DNA of 32,000 bases from Caldivirga maquilingensis IC-167 (GTDB lineage Archaea > Thermoproteota > Thermoprotei > Thermoproteales > Thermocladiaceae), in the NCBI RefSeq assembly GCF_000018305.1, contig NC_009954.1:2045568-2077567 (forward strand), read 5' to 3'. A program made the position numbers and the translations under genes. Shown here piece after piece: positions 18,698 to 27,978 of the stretch. Numbering within the stretch: the first letter of the stretch is position 1; every line of letters starts with the position of its first letter. The notes below the pieces were generated by a model. It ran no database searches. It was given only the letters and a program-made list of their open reading frames with translations, and was not told the origin of the DNA.

Positions 18698-19966
18698 CTA
18701 TATCTCAATGGCTTCACCTGTTGTTAATGTTACGTGTATGTTTCTTTCATCCAAGTGTTCACTAAGCCTTAACGCGTTTCTCGGGCTTGAGTGGACTATA
18801 AGTATGTTGGTTTCATCCTTAAAGTAACTAATGAAGTTAATCAACTCCTCCAATCCACTGTGCGCTGAGAAGTCGAACCAGTAAACCTTAGCATTAACCC
18901 TAATCTCCTCATTATCAACCTTAACCACACCCTTGGTTAATAATTCGTATCCAGGTGAATCTGGGGCTTGGTAACTGGGTAGTATTACCGCATTCCTCCT
19001 ATCACCCCCAAGCCTCTTAAGGTAATATACCGCTGCACCACCCTTAAGCATGCCGGCTGGTGTTATTATTACTGCCTGATCCCTTAATGCGTTCTTCCTA
19101 TAGTAATTACCCATTACTTCACTACTGTATGTTATTGCCTTAGCGTATAGGTTTGGGTCCCTTAGGAATTGAGGGTACTTGCTTATTATCCTATTAGCTA
19201 TCCTGGCTAAGCCATCAATGTATATTGGTACATCAGTGATGTTATGCTTAATTAAGGTGAGGAGTAGTTCCTGTGTCCTACCTATGGTGAAGCTGGGTAT
19301 TAGGACTGAGCCCCCTTCATCCAATGTAGTCTTAACGGCATTAATAAACTCCTCCTCAAGCTTCTCCCTAGGTGGATGCGTTCCACCTGCGTATGTAGCC
19401 TCCATTACCACTAAGTCAATGTCCCTGGGTATTGAGTAGACATCAGCCCCATTAAGTAGGTTGGATTGCGAGAGATTGAAATCCCCAGTGAACAGTATCC
19501 TGAAGCCATCAATGTTTAGAAGCGTCATCATACTGCCTGGCACGTGCCCAGCGTTGAGGAATGTTAAGGAGTCGCCATTTAGGTTAACGGTATCATTGAA
19601 GTTAACCGGGTTAACCCTCCTTAAGGTATTCCTAACCTCCTCCTCCTCATAAGGCAGGTAATAGCCACTTAACTTAACGGTATCCTTAAACATTATCTCA
19701 GCTAACTCAGCCGTTAAGGGGGTTGCGTAGAGTGGTGGTGATGCGCTAATGTATAATCCAGGCAATGCCCCACAGTGATCTAGATGAGCATGACTAAGCA
19801 CAACAGCTGAAAGATCCCTCGGCCTAACATGCAGTGGGAAGACCGGCTTACCCTCATCATCGAAGTTAACCCCATAGTCAAGTAGCACCGAGTTCCTTGA
19901 ACCCTTAACTAGAATAGCCATCCTACCTACTTCACCGCCTCCACCAAGAACCTCAACGGTAACCAT
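18698..19966 (-). CDS. Beta-CASP metallo-beta-lactamase-fold ribonuclease (aCPSF2-like)
   Basis: 422 aa with 'LSHAHLDHCGALP' (HxHxDH), followed by beta-CASP-like motifs and a C-terminal 'VHSSP' region. Confidence 0.8.
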   Translation of the reverse strand: MVTVEVLGGGGEVGRMAILVKGSRNSVLLDYGVNFDDEGKPVFPLHVRPRDLSAVVLSHAHLDHCGALPGLYISASPPLYATPLTAELAEIMFKDTVKLSGYYLPYEEEEVRNTLRRVNPVNFNDTVNLNGDSLTFLNAGHVPGSMMTLLNIDGFRILFTGDFNLSQSNLLNGADVYSIPRDIDLVVMEATYAGGTHPPREKLEEEFINAVKTTLDEGGSVLIPSFTIGRTQELLLTLIKHNITDVPIYIDGLARIANRIISKYPQFLRDPNLYAKAITYSSEVMGNYYRKNALRDQAVIITPAGMLKGGAAVYYLKRLGGDRRNAVILPSYQAPDSPGYELLTKGVVKVDNEEIRVNAKVYWFDFSAHSGLEELINFISYFKDETNILIVHSSPRNALRLSEHLDERNIHVTLTTGEAIEI

Positions 19967-20082
19967 TGGTTAAACCAACCCTTAAACAAGCTGAAACACC
20001 GATAATATTAACCTTTCGCCGCCTCCCACTGTTAAGGCCTTTAATTTAAGCATATTAAGCCCAATTAAACTGAATCAACGCA

Positions 20083-20907
20083 ATGAATGGTGTACTCTAC
20101 ATTGTGGGTATTGGACTTGCACCCAATCAAATAACCCAGGAGGCTATTGAAGTCCTTAAGAACACTGGTGCAGTATTCATTGAGGAGTACACGTCAATGT
20201 TTGAGGTTAAGCCAAGCGAATACTTAACCAGGATAATAGGTAAACCAGTGACACCGGTTAATAGGCGGGAGTTAGAGGAGGAGAATGGCAGTATATTAAT
20301 CAAGGCTGTTAAGGAGTATGGCTCCGCAGCCTTAGTTACAATAGGTGACCCAATGATAGCCACAACACACTCAGCACTACTGATTACTGCCGTTGAGGCG
20401 GGGTTCAGTGTTAAGGTAATTAACGGTATTAGTATAGTTTGTTCAGCTATTAGTCAAGTAGGCTTATCACCATATAAGCTTGGCCCAGTGGCCACGGTAA
20501 CCTACGAGAGGGGTGGGGTATTGAGTAGGAGGGCTTATGAAGTGCTTTTAAGCAATATAAGTAATGGGCTTCACACACTCCTACTCCTTGATATTAAGGA
20601 TGGTGGCGGCTTCATGAGTATCAAGGAGGCTGCTGAAGTATTAACTAGGATTGAGGATGAGGTTAAGTTAGGCTTAGTGAATGATGACCTAGCGGCAGTA
20701 TTTGGTTCCAGGATTGGTTGGGTTGATCAAGCAATTAAAGTCACCTCAATAACCAAGCCACCTGACCTAAAACCACCCAGCATAATAGTGGTGCCGGGTT
20801 TACTTAACCCAGTGGAATTAGACTTACTTAAGCTAGTTCACGGTGCTGATGAAGGCTTACTCAAGAGGCATATCGAGCACGTTAAGTCGTTTTTAAGGAA
20901 CCCATAG
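20083..20907 (+). CDS. dphB: Diphthine synthase
   Basis: 274 aa. It has a tetrapyrrole-methylase fold with 'LYIVGIGL', 'IEEYTS' and 'VTIGDPMIATTH', typical of archaeal DphB/Dph5. Confidence 0.85.
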   Translation: MNGVLYIVGIGLAPNQITQEAIEVLKNTGAVFIEEYTSMFEVKPSEYLTRIIGKPVTPVNRRELEEENGSILIKAVKEYGSAALVTIGDPMIATTHSALLITAVEAGFSVKVINGISIVCSAISQVGLSPYKLGPVATVTYERGGVLSRRAYEVLLSNISNGLHTLLLLDIKDGGGFMSIKEAAEVLTRIEDEVKLGLVNDDLAAVFGSRIGWVDQAIKVTSITKPPDLKPPSIIVVPGLLNPVELDLLKLVHGADEGLLKRHIEHVKSFLRNP

Positions 20908-22186
20908 CTTCACTTAAGACTTCACTAACCCTTCTTAATGCAGTGGCCCAGGTTGATTCAGGATCCTTAAATTCACCTGGGTCAACCACTAGTAGGTACA
21001 TTGACTTACCATCATTCAACCTTAAATTAACGTACCTACTTCGCCTACTTAATAGTAGTTCATAGAGCCTTGATGTTGCATCATCCTCATCATCGAAAAC
21101 TATCCCCTTATTAAGGCCTGGGAAGACGAGTATTCCCACGTTTGCGTTGTGCTCATACATGTATGCCATGACCTTAAACCTCCCAGCGGTTATGTAGCTT
21201 GGGTTAGTTGAGAACTTACACTCAAGCACTACACTACGCCTATTCTTAACATATACGTCGGGCTTACCCACAATATGCTTAATGGCTTCTTTATTAGATT
21301 CCTCAGTTAATTCATCAACCCTCTCAATAATACCCATGCTGATTGGTTTATTGAACATTAACTGCACAGAATCCCCAGTAATTGGATTAATGTAAAGTGA
21401 GTTAGAGCTCTTAACGTAACCCATTCCCCTTAAAGCAGTACTCACTAATGCGTATACAAGCACCTCATATAGCCTCCATGATAACATGACTAACGCATTA
21501 TTACCCCTAATCCTCCTATGCCTTACGTAAACACCACTATGCAGATGCTTAGTTAGGATTAGTGATTCATAGGCGATTCTCAGCCATCTTGGTGCACTTA
21601 ATGAGAATCTACCATACTCCTCCTTAATGATGATCCTATAGTTGGCTTTAGGCAATGAAGACACCTTAGGCCTTAATACATTAAGCAATCTACTTAAATT
21701 ACCTAGATCACTCCTTAATCTTAGTGCTAATTCATGATTAGGGTTAAGGCTTCGTATTACTTCCCCTAACCTCCTTACGGCCACCTTAACCCTCCTAATC
21801 ACCATAGTTGAGATCTCCCTAAGTAGCATGTATTCTGGGGCATTAATGCTGGGTAGGTAGGTTAAATAGGAGTAAAGGCTCATTGGGTATGTTACAATGG
21901 TATGCGGTACACTTAATGAACCAAGTACCTCACTGCCCTGCTCAACACTGAATTCCCTATAGGTAAGCATATCCCTGAGTGCGGAGTCTATGGAGTGTCT
22001 CAGCATCTTTAAGGATAATGAAGCAATCATTAACCTAATATACGCCTTAGTTAATTTATCAACCTTAACACCCATCCCCAATCCAATAAGTTCCTTAACA
22101 TTAGAGTATGATGAGAAGTAGTATTTACTAACCAAGTATGCTAAATTCCTTAGCCTTTCCTCCTGCTTAGTATTTTGCCTACTCAT
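20882..22186 (-). CDS. McrC-like PD-(D/E)xK nuclease subunit
   Basis: 434 aa. 'WRLYEVLVYAL' is followed by 'GKPD(310)VYVKNRRSVVLE(322)CK(324)' (nt 21215-21259) and 'FKVMAYMYEH..GILVFPG', matching the McrC layout. Its ATG overlaps the upstream stop as ATGA (22183-22186). Confidence 0.7.
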   Translation of the reverse strand: MSRQNTKQEERLRNLAYLVSKYYFSSYSNVKELIGLGMGVKVDKLTKAYIRLMIASLSLKMLRHSIDSALRDMLTYREFSVEQGSEVLGSLSVPHTIVTYPMSLYSYLTYLPSINAPEYMLLREISTMVIRRVKVAVRRLGEVIRSLNPNHELALRLRSDLGNLSRLLNVLRPKVSSLPKANYRIIIKEEYGRFSLSAPRWLRIAYESLILTKHLHSGVYVRHRRIRGNNALVMLSWRLYEVLVYALVSTALRGMGYVKSSNSLYINPITGDSVQLMFNKPISMGIIERVDELTEESNKEAIKHIVGKPDVYVKNRRSVVLECKFSTNPSYITAGRFKVMAYMYEHNANVGILVFPGLNKGIVFDDEDDATSRLYELLLSRRSRYVNLRLNDGKSMYLLVVDPGEFKDPESTWATALRRVSEVLSEAMGSLKTT

Positions 22187-23952
22187 TGTTGATCACCTTT
22201 ATTCTGTCTTAGAAATGATCCTAAGCGTTCATCAATTTCACTAAGTATCCTAGTACTTATCACACCTAGGGATGATTTTAAAGCCTCATTAAACTCAGTT
22301 AAGAGTGTTGATTCATTGTTTGAATCAAGTTCACCTACCTGAATCATCCCATTAATTATATGTAATGCATTTAAAACGGCACCGGTTGATATGCAAACCC
22401 GTTCCCTTAATTTCCTATCGCTTCTGAGGTAGTTTATGTATTTAATTATGCTGTTAAGCATGTTATCGGGAATGCTAGGCCTCAAGGCTTTAACTTCATC
22501 TTCAACATCAGTAGTATTGGATGGGCATTTAACCTCAATTACCTGGAACCTCCTAACCAGTGCATTACCGATTAAGAATAGATTCCTTAAATCCACTGCA
22601 TTAATTATTGCTATTACCCTTAGTTTCCCCAATGCCTCATCCTTATACTTACTGTAATTCTGCATGAATCTACTAGCCTCTTCATCAGCCCTATCACTAT
22701 TAACCCACTTCCCAACCTCATCAACCAATTCACTGATTAACTCCCAATTCTCTGGGTTAGGGGATCTGAATATTGTGAAGAATTCACCAAAGGCCTTATC
22801 GACATCAGCCCTATTTAACTCATCTATTATTAGGAAGAATGGTGAATCATATCCATTCGCCAACCTCTCCGCAGCCTTATTATACGCCTTAATCAGGAAA
22901 CCTGAAACCCATTTAACGGAACCACTCTCAATGGTTTCACCCCCGATTACATCTCTCCTAAACCAAAGGGAGTTAGCAGTCTTAATCATGTAACCGCCAT
23001 CCCCGGAAACACTCCTAGCCAGTAACTCAGCTAACGTGGTCTTACCCATACCTGGTGGACCAACTAACATAACATTACCCAGTAATGCACTCACGATGAA
23101 TCTACGTAATAACGCTTCATCAATACCATGCAATTTCCCCTTAATTTCACTTAATAACTCATTAATTAATTCCTTGTTAAACCCCCTAGATAATTTATTA
23201 CTTTGAGGAAATTGCCTAAGTACTGTGAATTCCTCGTAGAATTTAATCATAGAGTTAGTCTCATTATCAGTTAATAGACCCTTTATTATCTTATTCCAAA
23301 ATATATCAATTATATCTTTATCATCATAACAAATATTACCTCGGGGAATCAATTTTTCTCTACCCAATTCTTTTAATAATTTATTAATAATGAGCTTGTC
23401 TCCGGCATTTTTTAATTCATTTTCAACTGAGTCGTTATAATCTTCATACTTTATCAGTAGCTTACGAACCTCCTCATCAATCCACAGTATCCTAATTCTC
23501 CATCTAATCAGCCAATATCTATTCTCTTTCTCTTCCTCCCTCCAATACTTAAAGTTCCTATATACGTCAAAGTTTATATCAGTGATTAGACCAAAACCTA
23601 CGTAGCCTGCATTATTTATGTAGAATAAGCCGATTAAGGGCTTAATATCATTAAGGTTCCTAATTGCTTTATTATCAGCTAATAATAATCCCTCTCTATA
23701 TTTACTAACCAGTGCTCTAAAGGGAAGGCCGGTTGACTCATCAACTGAGGAAGAACTCTGCAAACTGGCTCCCCATAAAGTGTAGCCTTTTTCTCCTCGC
23801 ATGGAATACTTAAATGACCAAAACCAATGCTCTGCACGACCTGGGAAAGTACATATATTGACTTCTTTCCTGTCTCTTAACCATTCAAGTAAGTCCTTTA
23901 AATTAGTTAATTTACTAAAGGGCTCCCTATAGGTTAACCAATCCCCATACAC
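22183..23952 (-). CDS. McrB-family AAA+ GTPase with an N-terminal EVE/PUA-like domain
   Basis: 589 aa. It has Walker A 'GPPGMGKT' (nt 23038-23061), the McrB signature 'FLIIDELNRADVDKAFGEF', the NxxD motif 'NAVD' and 'RRFQVIEV'. The N-terminal ~165 aa resemble the EVE beta-barrel pattern. The start is GTG. Confidence 0.8.
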   Translation of the reverse strand: MYGDWLTYREPFSKLTNLKDLLEWLRDRKEVNICTFPGRAEHWFWSFKYSMRGEKGYTLWGASLQSSSSVDESTGLPFRALVSKYREGLLLADNKAIRNLNDIKPLIGLFYINNAGYVGFGLITDINFDVYRNFKYWREEEKENRYWLIRWRIRILWIDEEVRKLLIKYEDYNDSVENELKNAGDKLIINKLLKELGREKLIPRGNICYDDKDIIDIFWNKIIKGLLTDNETNSMIKFYEEFTVLRQFPQSNKLSRGFNKELINELLSEIKGKLHGIDEALLRRFIVSALLGNVMLVGPPGMGKTTLAELLARSVSGDGGYMIKTANSLWFRRDVIGGETIESGSVKWVSGFLIKAYNKAAERLANGYDSPFFLIIDELNRADVDKAFGEFFTIFRSPNPENWELISELVDEVGKWVNSDRADEEASRFMQNYSKYKDEALGKLRVIAIINAVDLRNLFLIGNALVRRFQVIEVKCPSNTTDVEDEVKALRPSIPDNMLNSIIKYINYLRSDRKLRERVCISTGAVLNALHIINGMIQVGELDSNNESTLLTEFNEALKSSLGVISTRILSEIDERLGSFLRQNKGDQQ

Positions 23953-23974
23953 TATAATTAATGTTTATCTAATG

Positions 23975-23983
23975 CTTTAAAAG
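23975..23983 (-). promoter_or_regulatory. TATA-like box for the McrBC-type operon
   Basis: The minus-strand sequence 'cttttaaag' is centred about 27 nt upstream of the GTG start at 23952. Confidence 0.35.
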
Positions 23984-24136
23984 ATGTCGCTAAAGGGGCT
24001 CATTAATGAGTCTCCTAGCCTTAATGTAGCCTTGATTTAAAAGGGACTAGAAGTATGCCGCGTATAGTTGCTATTCCTAGTATTTAAAACACATTAATGC
24101 GCTGGGGTGCTGTATTATTTTTCATAATGCTAACCT

Positions 24137-25066
24137 ATGGTACTTATGGCTATTGCCTCACTTGAGGAAGCTTTAAATATGAATAATACACTTAATACCT
24201 TGTTGATTATGGAGAAGAGAACTGAGGGTAAGGGTGAGGTTAGGAGGAGTGAGGATGTTGAGAGGGAGGCCTTTGGTATTGATGCCCTTGATGATGCCCT
24301 TGAGGGTGGATTACCTAGGGGTACTTGGACTGTGGTCACTGGGGAGCCTGGTGTTGGGAAGAGTATACTATGCATGCACTTCGCCTACACTGGTTTAGAG
24401 GATGATGAACCAGTTATTTACGTTACCACGGAGACTAGTTTCCGTGACGTGGTTAGGCAGGCTAGGCAATTCAACATGGATCTCACTCAATTTAAACCAG
24501 TTAACCTGAGTGACGTGTTGAGTGGTAGGGTTAAGCCTGAGAACGCTAAACTAGTAGTTATTGACTTATTCGGCCTTTACAGGCAGTACCGTGAAATGGT
24601 TAAGGAGGCTGGGGAGGAGGGGCGTAGGCCCAGTAGGGCATTGAGCATTGAGGTTCTTGAGGGGGCTGTTAGGAAGGCTTATGAAGTGTTAGGCTTCAGT
24701 GAGGGTAAGGTTAGTGAACCCAGTAGGTTAATTATTGATTCCATGACGGCCTTCTGGGCTGATAAACCGGCTATGGCTAGGGCCTATAGTTATGCATTAA
24801 GGCAGAGCCTCTATAGAAGCAACATCACGGCACTACTGGTGAGTCAATACGCACCAACCACTGAAGCCAGCTTCGGCTTTGGGCTTGAGCACATTGCCGA
24901 CGGTATAATACACATGTGGATGGATAAGGTGGAGCAGACTAAGACCATAAGGAGGTGGTTAATCATTAAGAAGATGAGGTTAACAAACCATGCAAAGGAC
25001 GCATACCAAGTGGATATACAGCCGGGTAAAGGATTAATCCTCATTGAGGCCAATGAAACTCAATGA
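24137..25066 (+). CDS. KaiC-like / RecA-superfamily ATPase (single domain)
   Basis: 309 aa with 'FGIDALDDALEGGLPRGTWTVVTGEPGVGKS' (Walker A), 'LVVIDLF' and 'RLIIDSM' (Walker B-like). There is a ~45-aa N-terminal extension. Confidence 0.75.
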   Translation: MVLMAIASLEEALNMNNTLNTLLIMEKRTEGKGEVRRSEDVEREAFGIDALDDALEGGLPRGTWTVVTGEPGVGKSILCMHFAYTGLEDDEPVIYVTTETSFRDVVRQARQFNMDLTQFKPVNLSDVLSGRVKPENAKLVVIDLFGLYRQYREMVKEAGEEGRRPSRALSIEVLEGAVRKAYEVLGFSEGKVSEPSRLIIDSMTAFWADKPAMARAYSYALRQSLYRSNITALLVSQYAPTTEASFGFGLEHIADGIIHMWMDKVEQTKTIRRWLIIKKMRLTNHAKDAYQVDIQPGKGLILIEANETQ

Positions 25067-25118
25067 AGGGAACCTGAAAATAAAAAGACGCAGTGGCTGT
25101 GAGCATGGTTGACCACGT

Positions 25119-26066
25119 ATGGTTAAGTTCCTGGTACTGGGCCTAGGATTCATAGCAACACACGTTGCAGAGGGGTTATCTAAAATCGGGCAGGTTACTG
25201 TAACATATAGGTCACTGAATGGTGTTAATGAGGTTTATGCAAAGGTACTAAGGGGTAGTGTTGAATTAACTAGGCTTAATCCACTTACTGATGAGGATGA
25301 GTTAAGGGGTTTAATTAAGAATTCCGACACAGTGATTAACCTAATTGGTGCATTGGGTAATGATGCCCAGCTCCTTAGGACAGTTCACGTAGTTATTCCT
25401 AGGCAGGTCGCCTCATTAATAGCTGAGTACTCACCCTCAACAATGCTGGTGCATGTTAGCGCATCCAATGTTATGGGGCCTATTGGTAAATTCATTAATG
25501 AGGAGCCTAAGCACTGTGAGGGGGCTAGGCCATCAACACCCTATGAGGAGACGAAGTGCCTTGGCGAACAGGTGGTTTACTCAATGTCCCAATCCGCTGG
25601 TTTCCCACTAGCCATAATTAGACCAACCCTAGTTTACGGTAAGTATAATGCTCACCCTCAATTCCTTCAAATATACAACATGGCTAAGAGGGGTATTGTA
25701 CCTAGGATTAACGTTAAATTAATGGCCATCAGCGCCGTTAAGCTCACTGAGTTGATTGCTAGGCTGCATGAATTGAGGCCAAGGGGCCTTTACCTATACG
25801 CCACTGAGTGTGAACCAGTTGAGGTGACTAGGTTCTTTGAGGTTATGGTTAAGGCACTTGGGAGGAGGCCATTGAGGATACCGGTACCTAATGCCTTATT
25901 GAAGTTAGCATTACCAAGTGATATTAAGCCACTGTTCAAGTACGTTAATGTGGTTTACAGTTGCTTGAAGGCTAAGGAAATTGTGGGTGACTTAGGATTC
26001 ATGGAGAGTGAGGTTTATGAGAATGCATTATTCATTAAACAGTATGAGGATTACATTACTGTGTAA
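25119..26066 (+). CDS. NAD-dependent epimerase/dehydratase family protein
   Basis: 315 aa with an N-terminal Rossmann-like 'VLGLGFIATHV' and a 'PYEETK' (YxxxK) catalytic motif. Confidence 0.7.
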   Translation: MVKFLVLGLGFIATHVAEGLSKIGQVTVTYRSLNGVNEVYAKVLRGSVELTRLNPLTDEDELRGLIKNSDTVINLIGALGNDAQLLRTVHVVIPRQVASLIAEYSPSTMLVHVSASNVMGPIGKFINEEPKHCEGARPSTPYEETKCLGEQVVYSMSQSAGFPLAIIRPTLVYGKYNAHPQFLQIYNMAKRGIVPRINVKLMAISAVKLTELIARLHELRPRGLYLYATECEPVEVTRFFEVMVKALGRRPLRIPVPNALLKLALPSDIKPLFKYVNVVYSCLKAKEIVGDLGFMESEVYENALFIKQYEDYITV

Positions 26067-26076
26067 TTAATGGTCC

Positions 26077-26577
26077 TTAGGTGGATTGCTTAAGTATTAC
26101 CACTCCCCTAGGATCCTTAACCCTAACTGCTAAGATTTCCCATAACCTAAACTCATGGTCACCATCCCCAGCACCTAAGTACACTAAGGCTGTATCCACC
26201 CCAACGGCTACATCAATTACTGACTGATGGGTTGAGGCAAGTATTGCTTCATCATCCCTTAACTGCGGTATTACTACAACATCCTTAATAAGGGATTTAA
26301 CCCTAGTTAACTCCATGACACCGGTCCTCTCATTAACCATAAGCAACCTAGTATACCTACTAGGACTAGTGAAGAGTACGTAAGGCTCAGGCACGTAGTT
26401 TGCGTATAATGCATTAACGGCGCTTGAAACCTCATTAACTGCTGAACCAGGGGTGTCCCATGGTGATATCGCCATGGTTTTAACCTTAGGGTTACTTAAT
26501 ATACCGTTAAGTATCATTGAATCCTCTTCGTAGGTGAACCTGACCGCGGCTTGATCAATGGTAACTGAGTAAACCAC
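26077..26577 (-). CDS. Encapsulin (family 1, Linocin_M18-like) shell protein, C-terminal two-thirds only; probably the intact remnant of a disrupted gene
   Basis: 'PYVLFTSPSRYTRL...ERTGVMEL...DVAVGVDTALVYLGAGDGDHEFRLWEILAVRVKDPRGVVIL' aligns by eye with the P/A-domain region of T. maritima and M. xanthus encapsulins, as I recall them. It starts at an internal GTG, and the upstream frame is broken (see findings). Confidence 0.6.
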   Translation of the reverse strand: MVYSVTIDQAAVRFTYEEDSMILNGILSNPKVKTMAISPWDTPGSAVNEVSSAVNALYANYVPEPYVLFTSPSRYTRLLMVNERTGVMELTRVKSLIKDVVVIPQLRDDEAILASTHQSVIDVAVGVDTALVYLGAGDGDHEFRLWEILAVRVKDPRGVVILKQST

Positions 26578-26863
26578 CTCACCCCTGGCTCTAGCGTACT
26601 CAACCTGTCTCTGTTAAATTAGTGAATTTAATATAGCTAACCTAAGCGCCTCCCCAACTTCATAGAATTCCCTATCCCTAATTACTTCCACAGGATTTTT
26701 GAGAAACCATATTAATAAATCACGCTTATTAAATTTAAATTTCGCTATTGGGTAATCAACCCATGCTTCATCCTTTAAATTGCTTTAAAGGAGCATTAAG
26801 TTAATTTACTGCATTCAATATTTGAATCACTACTTAATAACCCCTCAAGCACTATGCCTATTC

Positions 26864-27631
26864 ATGAGCATTGATTTAAGGGGTAAGGTCATTTTAATAA
26901 CTGGCGTAACCCACGGTATCGGGGAGGCCACTGGTAGGTTATTAAGGCAATTGGGGGCTGTGGTTTACGGTGTTGGTAGGGATGAGGCTAAGGGTAGGTT
27001 ACTTGAGTCTGAGGCTGGTGTAGTGTTTAGGAGGGTTGATTTATCGAAGAGGGGTGAGGTGCTTGACTTCATTAAGTGGTTTGAGTCCGAGGTTGGTACT
27101 ATTCATGCATTGATTAATAATGCCTCAAGGAACTCAAGGTTCAGTATCCTTGACACAACCCTGGAGGAGTGGGATAGCATGATTGAGTTAAACTTAACCT
27201 CACCCTTCCTGCTTTCTCAAATGGCCGCTAGGCTAATGATTAAGAGGGGGATTAAGGGTAAGATAATTAATGTTGCGGCCATACAGGCGCACTTCCCCCT
27301 TGAATCATCATTCCCCTACGTAACCACTAAGGGTGGCTTAGTGGCAATGACTAGGAGTATGGCTGTTGATTTAGGTAAGTACGGTATACAGGTTATAACA
27401 GTAACCCCAGGGCCTGTTTACGTTAAGGGTGGGGAAGTACCCAGGAGTCTTGATGAGAATGCGGCAACGTTAATAGGTAGAATGGGTAGACCCATGGAGG
27501 TTGCCTGGTTAATAGCCTTCCTAGTATCAGACTTAAACACATTCATGACGGGCAACGAGATAATAATAGATGGTGGCAGGGTTATAAGTAGGAAACCGGA
27601 CCCAAGGGAGGTAACCACCGGTGAGGTTTAA
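26864..27631 (+). CDS. Short-chain dehydrogenase/reductase (SDR)
   Basis: '[11 protein letters not shown]' (TGxxxGIG), 'NNAS' and 'YVTTK' (YxxxK) are present. I prefer ATG 26864 over TTG 26822 because a TATA-like 'acttaataac' lies about 28 nt upstream. Confidence 0.85.
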   Translation: MSIDLRGKVILITGVTHGIGEATGRLLRQLGAVVYGVGRDEAKGRLLESEAGVVFRRVDLSKRGEVLDFIKWFESEVGTIHALINNASRNSRFSILDTTLEEWDSMIELNLTSPFLLSQMAARLMIKRGIKGKIINVAAIQAHFPLESSFPYVTTKGGLVAMTRSMAVDLGKYGIQVITVTPGPVYVKGGEVPRSLDENAATLIGRMGRPMEVAWLIAFLVSDLNTFMTGNEIIIDGGRVISRKPDPREVTTGEV

Positions 27632-27978
27632 GTAAGCTGTTCAAGTATTAAACCCATACACCATGCTTAAAGTAATGCCCACCCAACGCAAAGCCTGTAA
27701 TGAAGAATGATGCAATAGCATGCGGACTAAGCCTAGTCATAACAACTGGCTAATCCTAGTAGGGAATTGCAGTGATTAACTAAGTATATGCATTAATGCC
27801 CACAACAATAGGTAGGGCCAGTCACTGGGCTAGTAAGGTGTACGTAAGCATTATGGTTACTGGCATGGCTTTAAGGTAAATAACCTTAGATTACTTTAAA
27901 CCAATGCCATCACACCTAGTTTACTTAAACTATTACCATTAACATAAATTATTTAAATCTAGCAGACTGAAAAACACC

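Noticed and set aside
24844-25053. 69-aa minus-strand ORF inside the KaiC-like gene, and similar antisense ORFs elsewhere (e.g. 1150..1440, 1483..1800, 4906..5238, 15564..16151, 19179..19652, 22436..22993, 29467..29748, 30066..30550, 30940..31251, 31581..31814)
   Set aside because: Each lies antisense or out of frame within a longer ORF that has recognisable family motifs. Their compositions are low-complexity.
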